Sequence record: NC_104876.1
Length of the DNA stretch: 40,815 nt
Strand: one strand, 5' to 3'
DNA from: a phage
Under the pieces are notes generated by a model. It was not told the origin of the DNA. It saw only the letters and a list, made by a program, of their open reading frames with translations, and searched no databases. The position numbers and the translations under genes are program-made. This document shows positions 17,201-24,173 of this stretch, piece by piece (the first letter of the stretch is position 1; the number at the start of each line of letters is the position of its first letter).

Positions 17201-17231
17201 GAATAGTAACCTATTATGTTGGGGTGTGCAA
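17201..17231 (-). promoter_or_regulatory. Promoter (TTGCAC-N17-TACTAT) with embedded operator GAATAGTAACCTATTAT
   Basis: -35 at 17226-17231, -10 at 17203-17208 (minus strand); inverted repeat AATAG-N4-CTATT at 17202-17215. Confidence 0.55.
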
Positions 17232-17602
17232 GAGAATAGTTACGTTGCCGTTGTGATTCTTCAGGTAGGGTTGTGCCTTTATTCTTATTACTTGGTAACT
17301 AAAGGGCGGGCCTTAAGCCTGCCCAATAATCGTTACATTTTTACGGTTGCGAATCTACGGCACTTTAAGAAAATCAGATACTTAAGAGATATGCTGCCGA
17401 TGAGAATAGAGCTTGCCCAGGGCAATCGGAGATACTTAGGAAGGAAAGTTACGATAATTCTCATGTTCAGTAAGCCTGCTGCTTAACCCTTTGCTTAACG
17501 CACGGGTTAAGCATTCTTACAAGGTGAACAGGAATCAAAGTAACTAAGATATAGAAGCACCTTAAACGAAGATTTTCATAATGTCAATAGGTGTGATTAT
17601 GT

Positions 17603-17631
17603 TTGATTTCCCATTATTCGCAATGTATACT
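17603..17631 (+). promoter_or_regulatory. Sigma70-type promoter TTGATT-N17-TATACT for the plus-strand arm
   Basis: -35 17603-17608, -10 17626-17631; first ATG with RBS at 17664. Confidence 0.5.
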
Positions 17632-17663
17632 TGGTTTCGTTAACTGATAATGAGGGTTTGAGA

Positions 17664-17834
17664 ATGACACAGAATGAGGTAGCTGAGCGTATCGGAGTTA
17701 CTCGTCGCACACTAAATAACTGGTTAAAGAGTGGGAAGTTCCCTGATTGCTGTATCCGTATTATGGGCCGCCGACAGCCAGGTACGTTTGACCGAGAGAA
17801 AGTGGAAGCGTGGATTAAGGAGAACGTGAAATGA
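17664..17834 (+). CDS. Small HTH DNA-binding protein (AlpA/excisionase-like regulator)
   Basis: MTQNEVAERIGVTRRTLNNWLKSGKFP looks like a helix-turn-helix. Start set to 17664 (GAGGG RBS) rather than track 17631, which overlaps the promoter -10. Confidence 0.5.
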   Translation: MTQNEVAERIGVTRRTLNNWLKSGKFPDCCIRIMGRRQPGTFDREKVEAWIKENVK

Positions 17835-18064
17835 CCGAGTTCCAGTCGCGCGTATTTACGGCGGTCGTTTCGCTAACACGTAAAAAAGGGTCGTGCAGCG
17901 TTATCGACTTGCGCCGTAGTTATTTTAAGTACTATAGTTCAGCCATTATTGAAGGGTCGTTGAAAGTGCTGGTTAAATCCGGTGTCGTGAAAAATGTTGG
18001 TGGGAAATATAGCGCCGTTGCTGAAGTTCGCGGAATGACCGCTACTTTAGAAGACCTGGAATAA
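17831..18064 (+). CDS. Hypothetical protein with C-terminal LEDLE tail
   Basis: 77-aa ORF, 4-nt overlap with upstream gene, ends ...TATLEDLE. Confidence 0.4.
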   Translation: MTEFQSRVFTAVVSLTRKKGSCSVIDLRRSYFKYYSSAIIEGSLKVLVKSGVVKNVGGKYSAVAEVRGMTATLEDLE

Positions 18065-18121
18065 AAGAAAGCCCCAGCGTTAGAGCGCTGAGGCCAAATT
18101 ACTTGCTGAAGGAAATACAAC

Positions 18122-20362
18122 ATGTCCGATGTAATTTTATCCTACTCGTGGTCTCGTCGCAACGCGCGGGCAGAGAAAAAGGATATAAACGTCAGAACCA
18201 CACACACGGCAACGCTGGACGACCTGAAAGATTTAATCCAGCCGCTTGATGCTGTCCGTGACGGGATTAACCCAAAGACCGCGCCCGGCTATATCACTGC
18301 CGCGTGTGATTCTACACACAGCACCGTGAAAGACCCGGAAACCGGTGACTTTAAGCAAGCGCGTAAGGGTTTCTTCTATCGCTGTGATGCGTCTGTAAGC
18401 AAATCGTCGCTGGCGTATCTGGACTTCGACAGTGCAACGCCGGAAGAGTATCAGGAAGCTGTACGCCTGGTTAAGCGTAGCCGCCAGGCCATGTGCCTCT
18501 ACACTACGGCGTCACATACTGACGAGGCCCCGCGCTTTCGCGTCGTCATGCCGCTGGCCCGCCCGGTCGAAGGAGGCGACATCATCCGTGTTCGTCACGG
18601 ATTGCTTGCGCATTTCTTCAAAGGCATGGGTGCGGACCGCAGCGGGTTCACTTTGTCTCAGCCGATGTACCTGCCGCCGGTTGGCGCTACCGTTATCTGG
18701 TCGCGCCGTAACGACCTGATTGACCCGGACGAATTACTGGAGGGCATCCCGGATTACGAGGTGAGCAGCGCATCGGATTACCAGATACCGGAAGAACTGC
18801 GCACCGCGTTTACAGACGCGTTCGAAGCACTGGCGTTCGAGTATGGCGGTGTTATGACCCCGCGCGGACTGAAAATGCCTGCCACGCCGGAACACGCAGA
18901 AAACTACAGCGACCCGACCCCGCGACCGGATGACTTCCTGCTGTGTTTCCCGCGCGAGGGATATGAAGCGCCTAACGTAACCATGATTCACGATACTGAC
19001 ATCACCGCGACCGAAGGCATGTCGCCGAAAGAGGTGTGGAAGTACGCGTGCGATGCGACCGGGCTACCGTTCAGTGAAGTCGCTGAGGCAATCGGCTGGG
19101 GTGCGCGTGAATCCGTTTCATGCAGCCTCGACGACCTGGAAGACGACGAGGACTCAGAGGAGGACGAGTTACCAGAACCGGTAAAGGCTGATTTCGTCGT
19201 AGAAGGGTACATGCCGTCAGATTGTATCTGGGATATTGTTGGGGAATCCGGCACGTACAAATCGTTTTATACGCTTGGGATGATGTACCTTAGCGCTGCC
19301 GGATACCGGTTTGCGGGGGCGGATACCCAACGTTGTCACCATTTCTATATCGACGGTGAAGGTGGTGCAGCCACGCGCACACGTATTGACGCGCTCGCGG
19401 CTAAATACGGCGAGGAAGGTAAAGATTACGTACATGTCATTGATATGGGCGAAGTCGGCAAACTGAAAAGCCTGATTAAGATAATGCGTGAAATTGCGGG
19501 CGACGAGCCGATTGGCATGGTTGCGTTCGACACCCTCAACCAGACGCTGGCCCTGACGATTGATAAGTTCGACGAGAACAGTTCATCAACGGCAATCGGC
19601 ATGGGTAAAGTTATCGCCATCCTGAAAGAAGTGCGCGATGCCACTAAAGCCGCGGTAGGCGTTGTCCATCATACGCCGAAGGGCGGAAAGAAAGCCCGCG
19701 GCAGTGGGGCATTGTATGCTGGCGTCGACGTGGAACTGACAATCGAACGCGCCACTGACCGTCAGATAAACGTATATCATTCTAAATTTAAGCATGGGCC
19801 TCAACAGAAGACGGTTGGCATGGTGCTGGAGTCTGTGCAGTTCCGTGAAGCCCCGCCGCCGAAAGAATACCGTGCTGTTGAGTTCCTCGGCAGCACCGAG
19901 GAATATGGCACAATCGTAAACCTCGACCTGCCTGAGCCTCACAAGGCGCTTGTGCTGATGCCGTGGGGCTTCGAGCCGTTCAAGACCGACGAGGAGAAAG
20001 AGCGTGAAGAAGGGCTGACAAAGGAAGGTAAAGAAAACGTAAAGAATGCTGTAAAACGCGGGAAGGATGAAGGGCGTAAGGAATCAATACTCGCCGCGCT
20101 GGAAGACCTGCAACAGTCCGACGACACCGGACGAGGTTTTACCCAACGGCAGATAGTAGCTAACTCTGGCGACCACGCCATAACCAGCCATCATCTTGAG
20201 AAGATGCTGAAAGACGGCGAGTTGATGCTCGGGTGTGATGTTAACGGTGAAGTTATACCGGGAACATACCGGATACCGGAAAAGATGGGTGACAGATTAA
20301 GGCCGAAGACAATATACGAACCGAATGAGATGCTGGTGGTGACAGAGGAGGATTTGGAATAG
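18122..20362 (+). CDS. Primase-helicase (prim-pol-like N-terminal region plus RecA-like ATPase)
   Basis: Walker A VGESGTYKS and Walker B GMVAFD in the central region; acidic linker DDLEDDEDSEEDE; 746 aa; ends ...TEEDLE. Confidence 0.6.
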   Translation: MSDVILSYSWSRRNARAEKKDINVRTTHTATLDDLKDLIQPLDAVRDGINPKTAPGYITAACDSTHSTVKDPETGDFKQARKGFFYRCDASVSKSSLAYLDFDSATPEEYQEAVRLVKRSRQAMCLYTTASHTDEAPRFRVVMPLARPVEGGDIIRVRHGLLAHFFKGMGADRSGFTLSQPMYLPPVGATVIWSRRNDLIDPDELLEGIPDYEVSSASDYQIPEELRTAFTDAFEALAFEYGGVMTPRGLKMPATPEHAENYSDPTPRPDDFLLCFPREGYEAPNVTMIHDTDITATEGMSPKEVWKYACDATGLPFSEVAEAIGWGARESVSCSLDDLEDDEDSEEDELPEPVKADFVVEGYMPSDCIWDIVGESGTYKSFYTLGMMYLSAAGYRFAGADTQRCHHFYIDGEGGAATRTRIDALAAKYGEEGKDYVHVIDMGEVGKLKSLIKIMREIAGDEPIGMVAFDTLNQTLALTIDKFDENSSSTAIGMGKVIAILKEVRDATKAAVGVVHHTPKGGKKARGSGALYAGVDVELTIERATDRQINVYHSKFKHGPQQKTVGMVLESVQFREAPPPKEYRAVEFLGSTEEYGTIVNLDLPEPHKALVLMPWGFEPFKTDEEKEREEGLTKEGKENVKNAVKRGKDEGRKESILAALEDLQQSDDTGRGFTQRQIVANSGDHAITSHHLEKMLKDGELMLGCDVNGEVIPGTYRIPEKMGDRLRPKTIYEPNEMLVVTEEDLE

Positions 20363-20381
20363 GTAAAAAAAGAAAGGGGCA

Positions 20382-20597
20382 TTAAGCCCCCTCACCTAAC
20401 GCCAGCCACTTGGCGTCTACTTGCAGCACTTCCGCCAGTTTAAACAGCGTCGCCGGGCGGACGTCCTGAGTTACACCGAGTGCAAGCTGGTTAATTGCGC
20501 CTTGGGAAACACCGGCCAGGACAGCCAGACGGCGCTGGGAGATGCCGAGTTCTTTGCGGCGTTGCTCTACACGGATACCTAGTTCAGATGGTTGCAT
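20382..20597 (-). CDS. XRE-family HTH transcriptional regulator (Cro/CI-like)
   Basis: LGISQRRLAVLAGVSQGAINQLALG is a classic XRE-type HTH; 71 aa; divergent from the operator-bearing promoter region 20627-20690. Confidence 0.65.
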   Translation of the reverse strand: MQPSELGIRVEQRRKELGISQRRLAVLAGVSQGAINQLALGVTQDVRPATLFKLAEVLQVDAKWLALGEGA

Positions 20598-20661
20598 GTC
20601 AATTACTCCTTAGTCAGTTGATATGTGAATAGTACCATATTAATTATTTTAGAAAAGCCCA

Positions 20662-20690
20662 TTGACATGTGAATAGTTCGCTATTATAGT
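20662..20690 (+). promoter_or_regulatory. Promoter TTGACA-N17-TATAGT with embedded operator GAATAGTTCGCTATTAT; second operator-like site at 20627-20643
   Basis: -35 20662-20667, -10 20685-20690; inverted repeat AATAG-N4-CTATT 20672-20685; upstream site GAATAGTACCATATTAA. Confidence 0.6.
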
Positions 20691-20720
20691 TAGCCCATAC
20701 CAAACGAGAGGAGAGATAAA

Positions 20721-20882
20721 ATGAAGTTCAGCGTAGACGTAATACCGACAGAAGAGATGCTAAAAGCGGGTATAGACCAACTGCTCGACGTAATACCAGG
20801 CCTCGAGGATGAAGTCGATGAAGAGCAACTGTCAGACGCCGTTTGTTTTATCTGGCAAGCAATGATTCAAGAGTCAAAATAA
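20721..20882 (+). CDS. Small acidic hypothetical protein
   Basis: 53-aa ORF with GAGGAGAG RBS directly after the promoter; not in track (under 60 aa). Confidence 0.35.
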   Translation: MKFSVDVIPTEEMLKAGIDQLLDVIPGLEDEVDEEQLSDAVCFIWQAMIQESK

Positions 20883-20897
20883 ACAGGAGAACAAATA

Positions 20898-21386
20898 ATG
20901 TTAGACCAATTCTTAAAATTACTGGAACGTTTCGTAGTTGCGCATGAACTGATCGCAGCGAACAGCGTGAAACAACCTGTGTATGAACTTAAGGCAGATG
21001 CAAACATCGCAGATAGTGTTCGTGATGTTGTTGTGAAAGAAGTAACGAAAGAAATCCCGGTAGAAGGTGAAGACACCGTTGACACTAAACCAGCAGAAGA
21101 AGAGAAGCCGAATCGCAAGCCGCGTAAAGCTAAAGTAGAGGAGCCAACGCCAGAGCCGGAAGAAGAGAAAGAAGAAGTCGATTATCAGTCTCTGCGCGAC
21201 CAGATTCAGGCTATCGACGATGCGATTAACGAAGGTCCGAGCGATGCCGCGTGCGATGACTCCGATGAACTGCTGGAAGAGTTCACCGGTAAGAAGATGA
21301 AGATTGCAGCGATTAAAGACGAAGACCTGGCTGAGTACCTGGAGCGCCTGACAGCAATCAAGAACAAGTATTTCGAAGAAGAATAA
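20898..21386 (+). CDS. Highly acidic hypothetical protein
   Basis: 162 aa, Glu/Asp-rich throughout; AGGAGA RBS; followed by weak hairpin 21394-21409. Confidence 0.45.
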   Translation: MLDQFLKLLERFVVAHELIAANSVKQPVYELKADANIADSVRDVVVKEVTKEIPVEGEDTVDTKPAEEEKPNRKPRKAKVEEPTPEPEEEKEEVDYQSLRDQIQAIDDAINEGPSDAACDDSDELLEEFTGKKMKIAAIKDEDLAEYLERLTAIKNKYFEEE

Positions 21387-21429
21387 CTATCCCGCGGCCT
21401 TCGGGCCGCTTTAACTGAGGGTCGGAATT

Positions 21430-21744
21430 ATGAAATACGAAAATTTAACAGACATAGAAATTAACGCACGGGTTAGCCGTGCGCTATGGGGCGATGTTTC
21501 TCGAGGACATCAGATGGAGTTAGCTTCTGGAGCGGTAGACTATTGTAATCGGATAGAGGACGCGTGGCCTATTATTGAAGAAAACAACATCAGCCTGATT
21601 TTAGATAACCCGACAATGCCGTGTGCAACGTCAAACGCTCGGGATTTATTTAACGACGACGATACAGAAGTGGGTGTTGCCTATGACAAGCCACTCCGCG
21701 CGGCCATGATAGTCTTTCTGGAAATGCAGGAGAAGGCGCAATGA
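21430..21744 (+). CDS. Hypothetical protein
   Basis: 104-aa ORF; 4-nt overlap with next gene. Confidence 0.4.
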   Translation: MKYENLTDIEINARVSRALWGDVSRGHQMELASGAVDYCNRIEDAWPIIEENNISLILDNPTMPCATSNARDLFNDDDTEVGVAYDKPLRAAMIVFLEMQEKAQ

Positions 21745-22019
21745 TTTACCAACTCTACCGAGCCGTTGACAGACGGGACAACACAGAGGCTCTATGGCTG
21801 TTGCGTGCGCCGTCTGGTGCGCACCAGATGGAAGAGATGGCGTACTTAGGCAAAGTACCGCGGCCTAAAGATATAGGCCGTCACGTGTCGCAGATTAAGC
21901 GCACGACATTCGCCAAACCTGACTTTTATGTCTTTGAGTCGATGTATGGGTGGGCTATGCACTGCGAGCATAAGACACGACATTTAATTGACCAGTGGGA
22001 GAGCAGAGCATGTTTGTAA
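21741..22019 (+). CDS. Hypothetical protein
   Basis: 92-aa ORF; followed by a coupled 46-aa acidic ORF (22010-22150). Confidence 0.4.
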   Translation: MIYQLYRAVDRRDNTEALWLLRAPSGAHQMEEMAYLGKVPRPKDIGRHVSQIKRTTFAKPDFYVFESMYGWAMHCEHKTRHLIDQWESRACL

Positions 22020-22146
22020 TTATGTATTCAATCGGTGAGGAAGAGTACGAACATAGTAGATACCTTACATCCGCAGAGGCCGAGAATATGATACACGAAC
22101 TTGACGCTGACAGTTTCGGCTACGCATGGATTGAGGAGATTGCGGA

Positions 22147-23388
22147 ATGATTCTTAAAGAACGCGGTGGAAATAACGATGTTCACGCATTACTGTCGCCG
22201 TCTGGGGCTAAAAAGTGGCTAAGCTGTGCCGCATCACTGGCCTGTGAGAAAGATATTCCTAACTCGTCCGGCAAAGCTGCCGTATTAGGTACAGCAATGC
22301 ACACCATAGCAGAGATGCATCTTAACCAGTACATCAAAGGCACTGCGCTGCCGTTAGAGCGCGAAGTCGGGGCTTACGTGCTGGATGAAGGTAAAGGCCA
22401 GATTAAGGCTCTAATCAGCCCGATGAAAGGCGCGGTACTTATTACGGCGGACATGATTGAACAGGTGCGCAAGTACACCGACTATTGTAAGGCGATTATC
22501 GATGTAGCGACTTACGCTAAGCTGGAAATGCGCGTCAATCTTACTGAGGTATTGCATCCGGGTTATGAGGGCGTTGAGACGTTCGGAACCGCTGACATCG
22601 TTGCCGTTCAGGAACTGGCAAACACTGACGAGCACATGCTAATTATCGGCGACCTTAAAACCGGGCGGCGTCGTGTCGAAGCGAAAGAAAACAAGCAGCT
22701 TATGCTTTACGCTCTCGGTGTTTATCGCCGACTCAAGAGACGTTATAACATAACAACCGTTCGTCTGGTCATCTTCCAGCCGTATGCTGGCTGTGCGTCG
22801 GAGTGGGGCATCTCGGTTGAAGGTCTGGAACTGTTCGCTAAGTTTGCACATAAACGCGCGCTGTTAGCCCTTGATGCGTATTTCCGTGGCAAGAAGAACC
22901 TGAAAGCGTCGGATTTCAGGCCGTCGGTCGATGGTTGTCAGTGGTGTCGGTTCTCTGAACAATGTGCCGCGCGTACAAAGACGGTTAATTCTGTACTGGC
23001 GGAAGAACTAGAAGACGACTTTGTGCTGGAACTTACGCCGGAGCAACTCGTAGCTGAGTATGAGAAGTTGCCGTTGTTGCGCCAGCACATCGACAAGGTT
23101 GAAAAAGCGATGGCAGCCGCTTTGCATTCCGGTAAGAAAGTGCCGGGTTACAAGCTGGTTGAAGGTCGCCAGGGTAATCGTGCGTGGAAAGACGCGGAGA
23201 AAGTAACAGAACTCTACGGCGACAAGCTGACTAAAGAAGTGCTCATGACGCCGACCGAAGCTGTTAAAGTAATACCGGAGGAAGAACTGAAAGACTTCAT
23301 CACGCGTAAACCGGGGGCGCCATGTGTCGCAACGGTAGACGACAAACGTCCTGAGTGGAATCAGGTTAGTGAAGAAGATTTAGAATAA
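22147..23388 (+). CDS. PD-(D/E)XK exonuclease, Cas4/RecB-like with probable Fe-S cluster
   Basis: Nuclease motifs GTADIV...IIGDLKTG...QLMLYALG; Cys cluster C...CQWCRFSEQC; 413 aa; ends ...SEEDLE. Confidence 0.55.
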   Translation: MILKERGGNNDVHALLSPSGAKKWLSCAASLACEKDIPNSSGKAAVLGTAMHTIAEMHLNQYIKGTALPLEREVGAYVLDEGKGQIKALISPMKGAVLITADMIEQVRKYTDYCKAIIDVATYAKLEMRVNLTEVLHPGYEGVETFGTADIVAVQELANTDEHMLIIGDLKTGRRRVEAKENKQLMLYALGVYRRLKRRYNITTVRLVIFQPYAGCASEWGISVEGLELFAKFAHKRALLALDAYFRGKKNLKASDFRPSVDGCQWCRFSEQCAARTKTVNSVLAEELEDDFVLELTPEQLVAEYEKLPLLRQHIDKVEKAMAAALHSGKKVPGYKLVEGRQGNRAWKDAEKVTELYGDKLTKEVLMTPTEAVKVIPEEELKDFITRKPGAPCVATVDDKRPEWNQVSEEDLE

Positions 23389-23392
23389 AGTG

Positions 23393-23421
23393 TTGACACC
23401 TGAATAGTTAGCTATTATAGT
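23393..23421 (+). promoter_or_regulatory. Promoter TTGACA-N17-TATAGT with embedded operator GAATAGTTAGCTATTAT
   Basis: -35 23393-23398, -10 23416-23421; inverted repeat 23403-23416. Confidence 0.6.
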
Positions 23422-23487
23422 TCTAATCACTGGCCGGGCAGTTCCCGGAGTAAACTTTGAAATATAAACTGAAAAGCGAGAAATCAA

Positions 23488-24114
23488 ATGGGACTGAAAC
23501 TGAATCTGCGTAAAGTAAACACTGCATGGGTTAACGTATTCGAACGCGAAAAAGACCGTGAAAACGATGATGGCTCAATCACTAAAGGCCAGTACAGCGC
23601 GACTATCATCCTGTCGCCGGACCATGCTCAAATCGACGCGCTCTACGACACTGTTTACGCAGTAGTCGAAGAAGCATTAGGCGCAGCCGCAGCCGAGAAG
23701 TGGATGAAGTCCAACTACGGCGAAGGTAAGCACATGGATAAATGTGCGATTAAAGACATTGCCGAGCGCGACAATCCGTTTGAAGACTTCCCGGAAGGCT
23801 TCTACTTCAAGGCGAAGGCACAGAAACAGCCACTGATTGTAACCTCTAAAAAAGGCGAGACTCAGGTAGAACAGGACTTCAACGTAGACGGCGAACAGAT
23901 TGAAGGTGAACAAGTTTACAGCGGCTGCGTCGCTAACGTAAGCGTCGAAATCTGGTTCAGCCAGAAATATAAAGTTCTCGGGGTTAACCTGCTGGCGATT
24001 AAATACGTAGGCGAAGGTAAAGCGTTCGGTGGTTCTAAAGTCGCCGCAAGCGTCAACGACCTGGAAGACGACGAAGAAGATGAAGCACCGCGCCGCGAGC
24101 GTCGTCGCCGCTAA
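23488..24114 (+). CDS. Putative ssDNA-binding or annealing protein (hypothetical)
   Basis: 208-aa ORF directly upstream of the DNA polymerase gene, with an acidic stretch DLEDDEEDE followed by a basic tail RRERRRR. Function is inferred from position only. Confidence 0.3.
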   Translation: MGLKLNLRKVNTAWVNVFEREKDRENDDGSITKGQYSATIILSPDHAQIDALYDTVYAVVEEALGAAAAEKWMKSNYGEGKHMDKCAIKDIAERDNPFEDFPEGFYFKAKAQKQPLIVTSKKGETQVEQDFNVDGEQIEGEQVYSGCVANVSVEIWFSQKYKVLGVNLLAIKYVGEGKAFGGSKVAASVNDLEDDEEDEAPRRERRRR

Positions 24115-24134
24115 TATCTGAATCAATTTAACTA

Positions 24135-24156
24135 AGGCCCTTCATTGGGTCTTTTT
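24135..24156 (+). terminator. Putative intrinsic terminator or attenuator upstream of the polymerase gene
   Basis: AGGCCC-TTCATT-GGGTCT hairpin (one G-U pair) followed by TTTTT. Confidence 0.4.
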
Positions 24157-24173
24157 ACTAAGGGTCGAAAATA

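Noticed and set aside
17199-17486. 95-aa plus-strand ORF in the divergent intergenic region
   Set aside because: No RBS, hydrophobic low-complexity product, and it overlaps the minus-strand promoter and operator at 17201-17231. More likely regulatory DNA.
20382-20690. Temperate lifestyle (lysogeny module) suggested by the Cro/CI-like repressor gene and operators
   Set aside because: No integrase, excisionase-integrase pair, attachment-site repeat or partitioning genes were found anywhere in the window. The repressor and operators more likely provide temporal control in a virulent phage.
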